Shown: piece by piece, positions 26,200 through 39,030 of the stretch | How positions within the stretch are numbered: the first letter of the stretch is position 1 | Layout of the letters: each line of letters starts with the position of its first letter | Source of the DNA: Heptranchias perlo | Lineage: Eukaryota | Reading direction: 5' to 3' | DNA length: 64,000 bases | NCBI RefSeq assembly: GCF_035084215.1 | Contig: NC_090325.1 | Coordinates: 180,358,001-180,422,000, forward strand | Notes under the pieces: generated by a model | What the model was told of the DNA's origin: nothing | What the model saw: the letters and a program-made list of their open reading frames with translations, nothing else | The model's database searches: none | Position numbers and translations under genes: made by a program

Positions 26200-29100
26200 T
26201 ACAACAACAGTTTGCATTTATATAGCACCTTTTAACGTAGGAGAATGTCCCAAGGCACTTCACAGGAGCATAATCAGAAGAAAATTGACACCGAGCCAAA
26301 GAAGGAGCTATTATGAAAGGTGACTAAATGTTTGGTCAAAGAGGTAAGTTTTAAGGAGGATCTTAAAGGTGAGGAGCTAAAGGGAGGGAATTCCAGAGCT
26401 TAGGTCCTAGATGGCTGAAGGCATGGCCACCAATGGTGGAGCGAAGGAAGTGGGGAATACACAATAGGCCAGAGTTGAAGTGATGCAGAGTTCTAGGAGG
26501 CTTGTAGGGATGGAGGAGGTTACAGATATATGAGGGGACGAGGCCATGGCGGGATTTGAACACGAGAATGAGAATTTTAAAATAGAGGTCTTGGTGGACC
26601 AGGAGTCGTTGTAGACCAGTGAGTACAGGGGTGATGGTTGACGGGGACTTGGTACGAGTTAGGATATGGACAGCAGAGTTTTGTATGAGCTCAAGTTTTT
26701 GGAGGGTGGAAGATGGGAGGCTGGCTAGGAGAGCATTGGAATAGTTGAGTCTGGAGGTAACAAAAACATGGATGAGGGCTTCAGCGGCGGAGACTAGCGA
26801 TGTTATATAGGTGGAAGTAGATGGTCTTTGTGATGGAGAGAATATGAGATCAGAAGTTCTGTTCAGGGTTAAATAGGATGTCGAGGTTATGAACAGTCTG
26901 GCTCAGCTTGAGACATGGTCAAGGAGGGGGAGGGACTCGGTGGCGAGGGAATGGAGTTTATACCGGTGGCCAAAGACAATGGCTTTGGTCTTCCCAATGT
27001 TTAATTGGAAGAAATTGTGGCTCACCCAGGCCTGGATGTCGGACAAGCAGTTTGACAACAAAATGCGAAATGGCAGCGGGGGGAAACGGGAATTGAGAGA
27101 TGGGGTGGTGAGGTCGAGCTGGGTGTTGTCAGTGCACGTGAGGAACCTAATGTCATGTCTTCAGATGATGTCACTGAGGAGCAACATGTAGATGAAAAAC
27201 AGGAGAGGGCTAAGGATCGATCCTTGGGGGACTCCAGAAGTAATGATGCGGGGATGGGAGGATATTTCAGGAGTATCTCTGCCTGTGACTGACTAGGTAA
27301 GATTGGAACTAGGTGAGGGCTGGACAAGAGAGGAGAGATGTTGAAGGATAGTGTGTTCAGCCATGTCAAAGGCTACATAGAGGTCGAGAAGGGAAGAGAG
27401 ATAGATACTGCCCCATAGTCACAGACACAGAGGATCTCATTTATGACTTCAATTAGGGCTGATTCAGTGCTGTGGCAAGGGCAGAAACCTGATTGGAGAT
27501 GTTCAAACATTAAGTTGATGGAGCGGTGGGTGTGGATTTGGGAGGCAACCACGTGTTCAATGACTTTACAGAGGAAAGGGAGTTTGGAGATGGGGTTGTA
27601 GTTTGCAAGGACATGGGTTAAGGATAAGGTTTTGAAGAGCAGGTGATGATGGCAGATTTGAAAAGGAGGGGGACAGTACCTGAAGGGAGGGAACCGTTTA
27701 CAAAATCAGCTAACATGGGGGCCAGGAAGGGAAGTTGGGTGGTAAGCAGTTTAGTGGGAATAGGATCGAGGGAGCAGGGTCACATGGACAAGATAAGCTT
27801 GGAGAGGGCATGAGGGAGATAGAGAAACTCGAGAAAGATGCGAGTTCAGGGCTAGAGGGAAGTTTCGTTTGGTGGGCAAGGGCAGAGGTGGGGTAGATGA
27901 ACAGATGGACTCCATCTTAGTGACAAAGGAGACCATGAGCTCCTTGCACTTGTTTTTGGAGGTAAGGATGAAGGGGATGGGGTGGAGGGGTTTAAAGAGA
28001 TGGTTGATAGTGACGAAAAGAAGCCGGAGGTCATCTTTGCATACCAGGATGAACCTGGAGTGGTGAGCAGTTTTGGCAGAGGAGAACAGGGCTTCATGTG
28101 GTTCAGCCAGATCTGGCAATGAATGGCTAAAAGTTGTATGCCATAAATATTCAAATCTGTGTCCATTGCACTTAGGGGAGCGAAGGTGGGGACACTACCA
28201 GATGGAATGACTTGGGTGGGAAAGATTAAGGGTTTTACTGGGGACAAGGGCATCAAAGCTGGAGATGAAGCTGTGATTTAGCAGATAGGTAGTAGCAGAG
28301 GTATCGTGGCAAATGGAGAGCCAAAGGCTAAACAGTTGGAAGTTTGTAAGTGACTTGGGAGAGAGTTTTTTTTCCAGGTGCGGATGCAGAAGGAGTGGGG
28401 GGATGGTGTGAAATGAGTGGTGAGGGATAGAAGGAAGTGATCATAGACAGCCTTGTCTGTGATTTGAGATGATGGAAATAGAGAAGCCACCCGAGATGGC
28501 AAGGTGGAGGGGGTGGCCATGAATATGGGTAGGAGTTTATATGGAGGGAGTGGTTAAGGGAGGACAGAAGGGCAATTAACTCAGAGGAGAGAGGGCAAGG
28601 TGAGTTGAGATGAAGGCTGAAATCACCGAGGATGAGAAGTCGCTTGGTACGGAGGCTGAGGGAAGAAATCAGTGAGGATATCTCATTGAGAAACTTGGCG
28701 TGGGGTTTGCGTGGGTGGAAGAGAAGAAGGATTTTAAAGGAGATGAACAAGATGAGGTGCTCCAAGTAGGAGATAGTGCCAGAGCAGTAGCAGGACCGAC
28801 GCAGATGAGGTTTGGTGATAAGGTGATTTGGGCCACACCTTCACCGTGACGGAGTGGGCGGGACAGGTGGTGGAAGGTATAGCCAGGCGAAGAAGCTTCA
28901 GTAAAGGACAAAGTGTCATACCCCATGAGCCAAGTTTCCGTCAAGACCATGATGTCAATGCAGTTATCCACAGCAAGGTCATTAATGGCAAGGGCCTTGT
29001 TCGCATGTGAACGAACATTCTGGAGTGAGATGCGGGGAGGGTCGGTGATTGTTGATCCACCGGCAGAGTCCACGGTGAGTGGGACGTGAAGAAGGTTGGC

Positions 29101-29230
29101 AAGATTAGCCCCCAGCGGACGTGCTGGGTGGGAAGGTCGGCAAGAGAGGAGGATGGGGCGGTTCGGATTGCTGTTCATGAGGAGGCAGTGACAAATGCCA
29201 AGAGAAGCACAGAGGAAAGCCATGGGCATC
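26200..29230 (-). mobile_element. Degraded L2-type LINE (endonuclease to 3' end)
   Basis: APE motifs LQNVRSHANK, VLTETWL and ILGDFSLH; RT motif GVPQGSI; C-terminal GGHAFSHLGPKLWNSLP. Tail at ~26200. Confidence 0.85.
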
Positions 29231-30479
29231 ATCTGTGAGGCTTTGTTAGTTTTCCATTTCATTAATAACCTGGATTTGTTCCGCTGATTCGAACACAGAG
29301 AGACACTTTGGAGATGCCCACTTCCTTGCATTGGTATTTGATTTTCAGCTTCGCATAATAAGATTTTTTAAAAAATCCTTGGTTTGTGCAAACTTTTTGC
29401 TATCCCTTTCGAAGGTCAAAAAGATGAATTGCAATCAATTTGAAAACAGACTCTATCCTCCTGCCATTGAATGGAAGCTGCAATGATATCACTGGTCTCG
29501 TTAGCAGCCATCACTAGAATGAGTTCTCTGTGTTATAGCTGAGATAATATCAAACTAATGGTGCTCCAGAGATGGTGCTTCGTAAAATTATTTTATCTGG
29601 ATGAAATTTTGTTAAATCCTTCCCATCTATTGACTTTTTTGTGTACGGTTAAGTTGCACCTCATGTGTTGCAGTGAAGCAGATTTTGCTTTGCAGCCATT
29701 CAGGATGATCAGTATAACTAGCTGTATAATTTTGTCTGGAAGAGGCCATGTCCCACTGCTTCACCATTTGTGAGTCACTGGCTAATGTTGAAGAATTTGT
29801 AACACTTGCTGAAAAGCTTTCAAACTTTTGTTCTAATGTGCAGAAAAATCCCTGGTAGTCCACTGGATTGCTAGTTTTTTTTTTAGAAAAAGGAGCTAAC
29901 TATAATGTTGGTTCTGTTTTTAAAATTAAAATTTTTGCCACTAGACAGATATTAGTGAACAAAATTTAGTGCATGTGTATATATTTTTTTTCACGTAGTC
30001 ACCAGGAGTGTCTTAATCTCTTTTCAGTTGTCTTTTTGGAGAGATCATCTGTGCAAGATGATTATAAACCTCTGACATTTTATACTTAATTAATTTTTTC
30101 TATGTGAACTGCACTGCAACATAATTGTGCATTTGATTGCTGGCTCACATATGTACAAAGATTAAAAGAATTCTCTTTTAAAACCAGTAACAGTGAGTCC
30201 ATGATGGTTATTTTACAAATGTGAAAGTGGGTTTGTTTTAATCCCAGGGCTGAATCAAGTGAACATTTGTCATTCTGTATCACTGCTGAGATGTATATGG
30301 CATTGGACTGATGGTGCGTCGCTGTTGTACCTTCATATGTATTTTCAACAGATGGAACAGGCACTGTGTACAACATGGCATGAGCTGAGCGAAGCTAATT
30401 TGAACAGGATTCATTCGGGCCAACATTTCAAATCTGTGGCGTGTTCATTCAAAATCTCAAACACTTTATAAATCTCGTC

Positions 30480-32915
30480 TGGAGAACTGAGTTAACACTA
30501 GCCTTTCATCTCTGGGATCTGGAGTCAAATCCAGCCCAGACTGTTGGGTTTAATTCCTCTGTCTGCTGGCTATAAGGGTCCCCTGCGAACCAAGTTTGGT
30601 CAGTCCCATTCTAGCTTTGAGTTGGCATGGGCCGACAGCACAAAAATGTCCCTAAGTAGCAAATCTCACTGAGGCCAGAGGATGGCTCGTGTGGAAATGG
30701 AAAAATTGTCACACTGGTGCAATAGGGAGTGCTCTTCTGAGGTTGAGCTAGATTGCTGGGGCAGAGTAGAGGGACTGTTGCTCTGTATTTTGCTGAGCTG
30801 TATGTGGCCTGGGAGTGCTTGATGCTGACACTGGGGGCTCGATTTTAGGGTCGGGTTTCCGGCGGGTTACCAGCGGGTTGGCCCCGAAAATCCCGATCTC
30901 CGATCACGTGACCGGATCGCGACGAAATCCCGGCCACTTCCGGGTACCGCGCTGACGTGCGGGGCTGCGCGCGCAAGCCCCGCTGGTGGGAATCCCGCAG
31001 GCAATTAAAGCCAGCGGGGTTCCACTTGAGAGTACTTAACTTGCTCGTTGTGGTCAGTTAATGAGCTGAAGCAGCTGTCAAAAGAGGAAGTGTGGGATTT
31101 TAGGTTCAAGGCAGTGAGTTTCCCACACTGGGGGAATCAGACTCCCTCCAACCAGGCGTGTTGCAGCCAGCAGCCTGCGGCAGGTGCCAAGGTGCGCTCC
31201 ACGGGGGAGAGCCCTCACCCACGCAGGAGGCCACCGCGTCACATAGGGCAACCCCTGCCCTCCACCACCTCCCGCCAAGCCAGAGGACAGACCGACACGA
31301 AACCGCAGCCCCAGTCCGAGGAACCACATACCTACCCTGCACAACCCCTCAGACCAACACCTGCCAGTTGGGTGGTGTGTGGACACCCTCGGAGGACGAA
31401 GAGCATGACCAGCACCAGCAGCCTCGCAGTCCACGCCGTCCGCCGCAGAGACGTGGATCCCCCCAACACGGTGTTGTTGCACGCCCACCTGCACAGCAGG
31501 AGGGAGGGCTACCGCAGAGAGAGACGCGTCGCAGAGGGCACTACCCTCGCCACAGGGTCCACAGACCGAGGCGCAGCTCCCCGGACCTCTCCGAGCAGCA
31601 GTGCACAGGGAGGCGCAGATTCGCTCGACATGTAGTCGTGGAGATCTGCAGCCTCTTTCATGCCGAGCTGCTCCTGGCTGGCCCCAGCACCAACTGCTTA
31701 CCTGTCGCTGGCAAAGTCACCACTGCCCTCCACACCTTCTCCTCCGCATCCTTCCAGGGTGCAGCCGGCTACACCGCCGATGTCTCTCAGTCGTCTGTGC
31801 GGACGAGCCCTGCAAATACACCTGCACCTACTCTGCAGTAACACGATGGGTGGCATCAGTGGTGGGTCCTCATAGTGATACCCAGGAGCGGGCATTATTG
31901 GACACAACGGACAGGATTCGCGGAGACATGGCAGTGGTGGTGTCAATATAATGTGTGCTCTTTGTTGCTCTGAAATTCAATATGGGTAACACCCATGACA
32001 AACCCTCAGACACCCTTGTGCACCCCCTTCATGCTGACGAGACGTTTGCCTTACGCTGCCTACTGCACATATGTGATGCATGCCCTGTGGCTGCAGCACA
32101 GGTGGTGGCAGGTTGAGTGAGGCTGGCCGTGAGGGAGATGCACGAGAGGGTGAGTATGGGATGGAGCCATGAGATTGTATGAGGATTGGGTTGCGTGTTA
32201 GTGGCAGGATGAGTACTGGCGAAGTGAGTAGGTGGAGGTAAGATGAGGACGGGGTGTGAGTGGGTATGAAGGGTGATGTGATAGAATAGTGTGGGCGGTG
32301 CCGAAGGAGATTTGGGGTGGGGGCAGTGTTGTGGCAGACGGAGTGTAGGGGAAAGACTTCGTGTTCTCACTGTGGCGGACCTACTGCGGTCATTGCAGCG
32401 CCTCCTGCACTGTATGCAGGTGGGCCATATGTTGGTGGCGCAGGTGACCCCCTCTGCCACCTCGAGCCAGGCCTTCTTGGTGGCAGAGGCAGGCCGCTTC
32501 CTCCCGCCCGCCGGGGGGAAGATCTGTGTCCTCCCCCTCCTCCTCACCCCATCTGATGATACCTGGGGTGAGGCATCATTAAACTGGGAGCAGCCTTCCC
32601 CCTGGGCTGCTCCATGCTGCAATTTGTTCTATTGGTTGCAGCATCTGTCAGTGGAGGACTGCCCCTTTAACTAGAGAGCCTCCAGCTGACAGATCGAACT
32701 GCGCATGCGCAGCCCGACCGACGCGCAGGCCAGCGCCGTGGACCCCGGAGGAGCAGGTAATTGATTCCTATTAGTGTGTTGCCTGCTACGATCGCGTGGG
32801 CAACCCACTAATTTCGCCGTTCGCGTTTTCGACGCTCCCGGAGGACCACCCGCTGGGAACCCGCAGGCCTGCTAAATTCGAGCCCTGGGTGTCTACTGGA
32901 AAGAGTGCCATTTCT
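30480..32915 (+). mobile_element. LF-SINE-like element split by a Harbinger insertion
   Basis: agcctttcatctctgggatctggagtcaaatccagcccag and later blocks resemble the LF-SINE consensus as recalled. Tail fragments also occur at ~4000-4090 (-) and ~39060-39140. Confidence 0.5.
30835..32885. mobile_element. Young internally deleted PIF/Harbinger transposon
   Basis: TIRs GGGCTCGATTTTAG / CTAAATTCGAGCCC with a 3-bp TSD (TGG). Plus strand: transposase N-terminus (RFARHVVVEICSL...LPVAGKVTTALHTFSSASFQ). Minus strand: Myb/SANT (KRPASATKKAWLEVAE...QCRRRCND). CpG-rich. Confidence 0.9.
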
Positions 32916-34499
32916 CCAACACTTCTCACAGGGCACATTGTCCTATACTCAGCTCTGCATTTCTGAACCACTCCCTGAGCTCGGACTGAATGAAGAAGAG
33001 TTTTCATAGAATGATAGAAATTACAGCAGGAGGCCATTTGGCCCCCAGTTCCTGTGACGATGCTGGCGCGCTCTCCTGCAACCCCATTCCCCCTGATCCT
33101 TTTATTCCTCCTTTTTCAATCATTTATCCCATTCCCCTTTTAAATGATGTTCTAGTCGCTACCTCAACAGCCACTTATTGTGAAACGTCCCATGGACCAA
33201 TAGCTCTCAGTTCATGGACCTTCCTTCTCCCTTCCCCCTCCGCCCCCTTCGGTTCTTCCAGTGAGAATCCTTGGTCTTTCCCCTTGTACCCCATTTGCCA
33301 ACTAGTGGAAACAACCTTTCACAATGTACCCACAGTAAGGTCCCCAGGTTTTACTCACCCCTTGACTAGCTGGTCCTCTCTCAGCATTGCTCCCATTCAC
33401 TACGTTGTTGCTGTTGCTCCCATCTCTGTAGGAAATGCTGAGCCCCTTGCCCATCCCCATTTCCCAGTCTCCCTCTCTTTTTTCTCTTTCTTCCCCCCCC
33501 CCCCCCCCCCCCAACCCTCAGTCTCCCTCTCTCCCCATCCCCATTCCCCGTCTCACTGACTCCCAGTAACAGCGCTTTGTTTGTGTTGTGCAAACGCAGC
33601 AGAGCTGTCAATATCTGTTGATTTAAAACAAGAACTTTCAGAGTGGAAGAACAATTGAAATGTATAATCGCTAGTGTAGTTGGGGAAGAGTGAATCTGAG
33701 TTGCTGCACTTTGATTCTAAATGGTTCTTTAACAGAACTGTTGGATATTATATGCACAAAAATAGCATTACAATTTATTTACAAGATGATCTGTACACAT
33801 GGTCTGTTTTGAAAAATGGTATTCCTATAAAATTGCAATTAATGTTTAAACACAGTATATTTTGCTGTAAATTTTGTACATTCTGGCCATTCTTCATTTT
33901 GTCAGCCATGCAATAAATTCTGTGCTTTTTTTTTAACGAGGAAGAAAATAGACTTTTGTATATTACTAGTCCATGTCCTGTGGCATTGCACACACTGAGC
34001 CAGGATCCAGTGCAGTATTCAGGTCAAGCAAGATTAGAGAGTGGAGCATAATTGGAACTGAGCTCATCTTCCCATTTGCAGGTCTGGAGGCGGAGAGGTT
34101 GACAGAGGTGCTGAGGGTAGCTTCCCTACAAATCTGCTGACCTGGATTTCCTTCTCAATGGGGAGGAATGTGGTGATTTTTAATTTCCAATTGCAGGGCG
34201 TGATTTTCATTTCCGTGTTTAGTGGGGGCGGGAAGATTTAAACTTCTGTTCCCATTTACATTGCTCAGATTTAATTTTCAGTCGGGGAGGGTTGTGAGTT
34301 CCCCTTCTCAACTCTAGTCTCTGTTTTGTATCAGTGGTTGAGGAAGTTTTTTTTTCCTTTTTAGGTTTGAAAGCCCTGTTATCCTCATTACGGGAAGGTG
34401 GGATAGTTCTCTGTGAGATTACAATCTACTAGGGTGAGGTTTGAAGGTCTGTGAGCTGACTGACGATGAAATGACTGTTAAGCCACCAGTAGCAAATGC

Positions 34500-35110
34500 T
34501 TACTGCCCTTGCCTCAGCCCATTTACTGCTGAAACCCTCATTCATGCCTTTGTTACTGCTAAACTCGACTATTCCAATGCTGTCCTGGCCGGCCTCCCAC
34601 CTTGCACCCTCCGTAAACTTGAGCTCAGCCAGAATTCTGTTGTCCATATCCTAATTTGCACCAAGTCCCGTTCACTCATCACCCCTGTGCTCGCTGACCT
34701 ACATTGGCTCCCGGTCCGGGAACGCCTCGATTTAAAAAAAAAATTCTCATCCTAGTTTTCAAATCCCTCCGTGGCCTCACTCCTCCTTATCTCTAATGTC
34801 CTTCAGCATTACAACCCTCCAAGATCTCGGTGCTCCTCCAATTCTGGCCTCTTGCCCACCCCTGACTTCCTTCTCCCCATCATTGGCAGCCATGCCTTCA
34901 GTTGCTTAAGCCCTAAGCTCTGGAATTCCCTCCCTGAACCTCTCTGCCTCTCAAGCTCTCTCTTCCCCCCCTTAAAACCTACCTCTTTGACCAAACTTTT
35001 GGTCACCTTTCCTAATATCTCCTTATGTGACTTGTGTCAAATTTTGTTTGATAATGTGCCTGTGTAGAGCCCTGAGACGTATTACTACATTAAAGGTGAT
35101 TATATGAATG
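34500..35110 (+). mobile_element. L2 LINE 3' fragment
   Basis: AETLIHAFVTAKLDYSNAVLAGLP, ITPVLADLHWLPV and PKLWNSLP. Confidence 0.85.
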
Positions 35111-36699
35111 CACATTGGAGTAGAAGGAAGATCGATGAGAAGGTTGTAAACTGTGCTGCAGTCAAGAGTACAAATCAGGGGGTTGCTGGAGTGGTTCAGA
35201 CTCAATAATGGGGGGAAGGGCATGGATGTTTAAACTTTCTAGATTTTGTGCTGCTCTGTCCAATGCAGTGCTAGGGAAAATTTTTTTTGTTTGTGTGTAT
35301 ATATAGTGTTATAGAGAGATCCTGTTGAATTGTTTTGTGTGTGTGTCATTTTTAATGGGAATTTTTGACTGCCCATCTCAAACAGCCCCTGTAGAGATTT
35401 TAATGTTCTGTTGTTTGACCATCTGCTTACCACTGTTGCAATTTAATGCTTCACCAAATGTTCTCAGGAAAGATAACTTTTCTTTTAATTGTTTCATTAA
35501 TGTGGCACTGGCGTGACAGTGCATTAGCTAGCTGTAGGATAATGCAAATTAGGAGGATAAACTGAATGTAAATCAACCTGCGACACTCACTGATTTCCTC
35601 ACTGCCCCCCATCGCTGAATGGAGAATCAGAAGTAGATTGCCCCCTCGTCTTACAGGTGTGCAACATGGGGATAATGGATTTTTTAAAAAGTGTTGCTGA
35701 TTAGTTGTTGTACAACACTTACTTGCTTTGTTTTTCGTTTAAATGGCTCAATATTGTAAAATTATGTTTGCTTTTTACCAGAAACATTGTAACTCATTCT
35801 AATTACCATGTCTTTAAAGGAACAAAATGCATAATTGTTTAAAACCTCATTGCATTGGGCCATTTGTGTGCAAAGATTTTCCTCTGCTCAATTATTGAAA
35901 ATTTTAATTTTTTTTCTGGTGGTGTTGAATCAAGATGAATTTCAACAAATTTGATCATATGGATTGAACTGAAAATATCTGTACGAACCTATAAATCATA
36001 ACATTTAACATAAATATTCTATATATATTCACCCCATGCAAAAGAGAATATCTGATGTGACATCAAGCAGAAAAGGAGGCAGCTTAAGGTAAAGTAAGTT
36101 CATAAATGGACCCCAGAGCACTTTGTAAATCAGGCTTGACACCACACTGAATTTATATTGTATGCGGTGTCAAACCCAAACGGTATGAGACGAGTGGTTG
36201 CAGATCATTTTAAAACTGTAAGTCAAAATCATGTTTTGGAAGAGCTAGCGCAAATAAGCTCTCTCAACTCAAAGCAAACTCAGGAATTTTTGCTGAATTT
36301 ACTTGTTGAAGTGTGAATTTTTTACGTTACTTTTCGTCACCCAAGAAAAACACAGCAGTTGTTACAACTTACCTGTTTACTGAAAAGCCTATGATTTGTA
36401 TTGGTTGCAATACCCAAACTTCCATGCTCGGTTAACAGTAACCTCCTGCACCTCCCACCTGTACCTCTGCAATTACTTTCGCTCATCTAGTTATTAAGTA
36501 TCTGTAGAGAATGCACTTACGCAGTGGAAGTAGGATCACTTGTGTATACTATAGCAGATAACACTTTGCACTATTTACATAGTGTCTGATTTTAACATTG
36601 AAATGTAGTTATTTTAGACTTTTTATTCAAAAGGAAAAACAAAACTAAAATGATGTGTGGGTCTTTTTATCATTCTTTCAACTACCTTCTGAGAGACAT

Positions 36700-39030
36700 G
36701 GGATTAAAAAAATTGGATAGGGGTCGTTTTTGGGTGCAGGTAGCGTGATGTGCTATTACCCCACATCCAATGGCCCCTGCGCAGGCAGGACACAAGTTTC
36801 AGCCCACCGGAGGACTTACCTGCAATCAGCGTTCCATTCCAGGCCTTGCATGTGGAATCAATGCAATTTGCAGTCTTCACCACCAGAGGGAGCTCAATCT
36901 CTTAAAGCGAGGATGTTTCTTCGAACTTTCTTCGAGGGAGTTGGTACCTGTTATTCGCTGAAAATGACAGTCGACTGTCTGCATGGAGTCTGAACAGAGA
37001 TCAGACATCGCAGACGTAAAACACAGATGCAGATCCCATTCCTATGTTTACACACTGATGAATTATGTTAAAACATTGAATAAAGGTTGCGCACTACTAA
37101 ATCCCACATCCTCCAATCTGCACGCCAGATCTGAGTTGATACCAGGCCTGCGAGAGTGCATGCACCAAGGTTCTCTGCTGATGCACTAGAGACCTTGGTG
37201 CAAGAGGTTGACAGAAGGAGGGACATCCTATATCCGCAGCAGGGAGGGGTTGGGGGGGGACAAGAGGCCCTCCAGACATATATCCAAAAGGCAGTGGGAG
37301 GCAGCAGGGGACGAAGTCAATACCAGGCGCACAGCATCATGAACATGGATGCAGTGCAGGAAGAAGTTCAATGTTTTGACATGAGTGGTCAAGGTGAGTG
37401 AGGTCAACTGTCAAGCGGTGTCTCCTACCAACTGCTCCACGCACTACACCCCCCCCATCACCCACATACCAACAAACTCTTTCAATCAGTACTCAACTCT
37501 TCCAACCAGATGCTTTCTCTCACCCCTACACATTCCCACTGTTTCATGCCGCCCACCCACAACTCACAGGCCACACACACTGGCAGCTATTCAACCATGA
37601 CGGGCACATTACCCAGACACACGTCCTGCTTTCTTGCAGGAGAAGGTGGCGCATAACAAGAGGCAGGAAGTGGCAGTGGCATTTAGCCCCTCAAGCCTGT
37701 TCCACCATTCAGTGAGATCATTGTTGTGGGAAAATCACCACTCGGAGTCAGACTTAAAGATTCAACATGCAGTTTATTGGACAAAGTACTTTGGGAGAAG
37801 AACTGGACACTCCGCAGTGTACGCAGCTACTCTTCTCAACTTCAAAATGGTTGTCATGCTTTTTTATACTTTTGAAATACAGATTTTCAGTAGCTATTAC
37901 ATCATTAGTCTTTATTAGTGTATACATTAACCAATTAAGCCCGCACAGCAACCACAGACCTCCAATCATATTAAAACAACTCTAATCACCTTAAGACAGT
38001 ATGGTCTTTGTCTATTCAGTCTGGTTCTGTAGTTTTTATCAGTTCGTTGTGAAATGTCTTTTGTATTCCCAGACTGTAAGTCAGTTTTGGAATATACAAA
38101 CTTAGCACTTTTAACTGTCTTTCCCACAGTCACAGAATCCATTTTGTTTAGTAGTGTCCATTTTGTTAGTAGTCAAGTGTTATGTTTAAGCTTTTAATTA
38201 AGGTTGGTCTTGTCTGCACAAAGCGCCTTTCGGTGTGGGTTTAGGGTAATGACCGCCGCCATGCACACAATAGTCACTTCATCGTTGCCTTTAACCCAAC
38301 AGCCCAAATTTTACGCTAACAATCATGGACCTGTGACCTAACTCCATATACCCGCCTTAGCCCCATATCCCTTAATACCCTTGGTTCATAGAAATCTATC
38401 AATCTCAGATTTAACTTTCACAAGTGAGCTACCATCAACTGCCATCTGCAGAAGAGCGTTCCAAACATCTCCCACCCTTTGCATGTAGAAGCATTTTCTA
38501 ACTTCGCTCCTGCACATCCTGGCTCTAAATGTTAGACTATGTCCCTGCGTCCCACATCTCTCTCTAAGTTTTGTGTTCGGTGTAATGCACCTATTTTATA
38601 TGAACTATTGCACGTATTCCATAGCGCTGCAGGTCTATAATTATGTAATTGGTCAAATACAGTTACAAATGTCTCGGCAGCCAGAAGCAATAATCCAGCC
38701 ATTAACCTGTAAATCCTGCATGGTCCCTTTTAAATAGCGCTGGTGGGGGGTCCTCCAGGCACTCTTAAGACATGTTCAGATGGCCGGGGTTAAGACTGTG
38801 TTTGAGTTGAGCGTTAGACACCATTTTGGGACTTATCACTTTAAATCAGCGTTGCACACAGATTGAAGCCATTTTCTTCCTACTTTACATGATTCCAGCG
38901 GGCTGTATCTGCGCCTGTGCTAACTCCTGTACCAAGATGGCGTCTGGTGCACGTCACGTTGGAAACCACCTTGGATGTTGGAGAGGTCATGTAGGTCCGA
39001 AACAACGGGCGCTACACGGCCCAATTTAGT
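36700..39030 (+). mobile_element. Non-autonomous PIF/Harbinger element, copy 2
   Basis: Inverted homolog of 14607-16257, encoding APRFSADALETLVQEVDRRRDILYP. Confidence 0.8.
37722..38321 (-). mobile_element. 600-bp solo LTR
   Basis: TGTTG...TAACA termini, perfect 5-bp TSD ATCAT (37717-37721 and 38322-38326), and AATAAA on the minus strand at ~37775. Confidence 0.8.

Noticed and set aside
32990-33559. 189-aa Pro/Ser-rich ORF
   Set aside because: Overlaps decayed repeat sequence and poly-C, with no recognisable homology.
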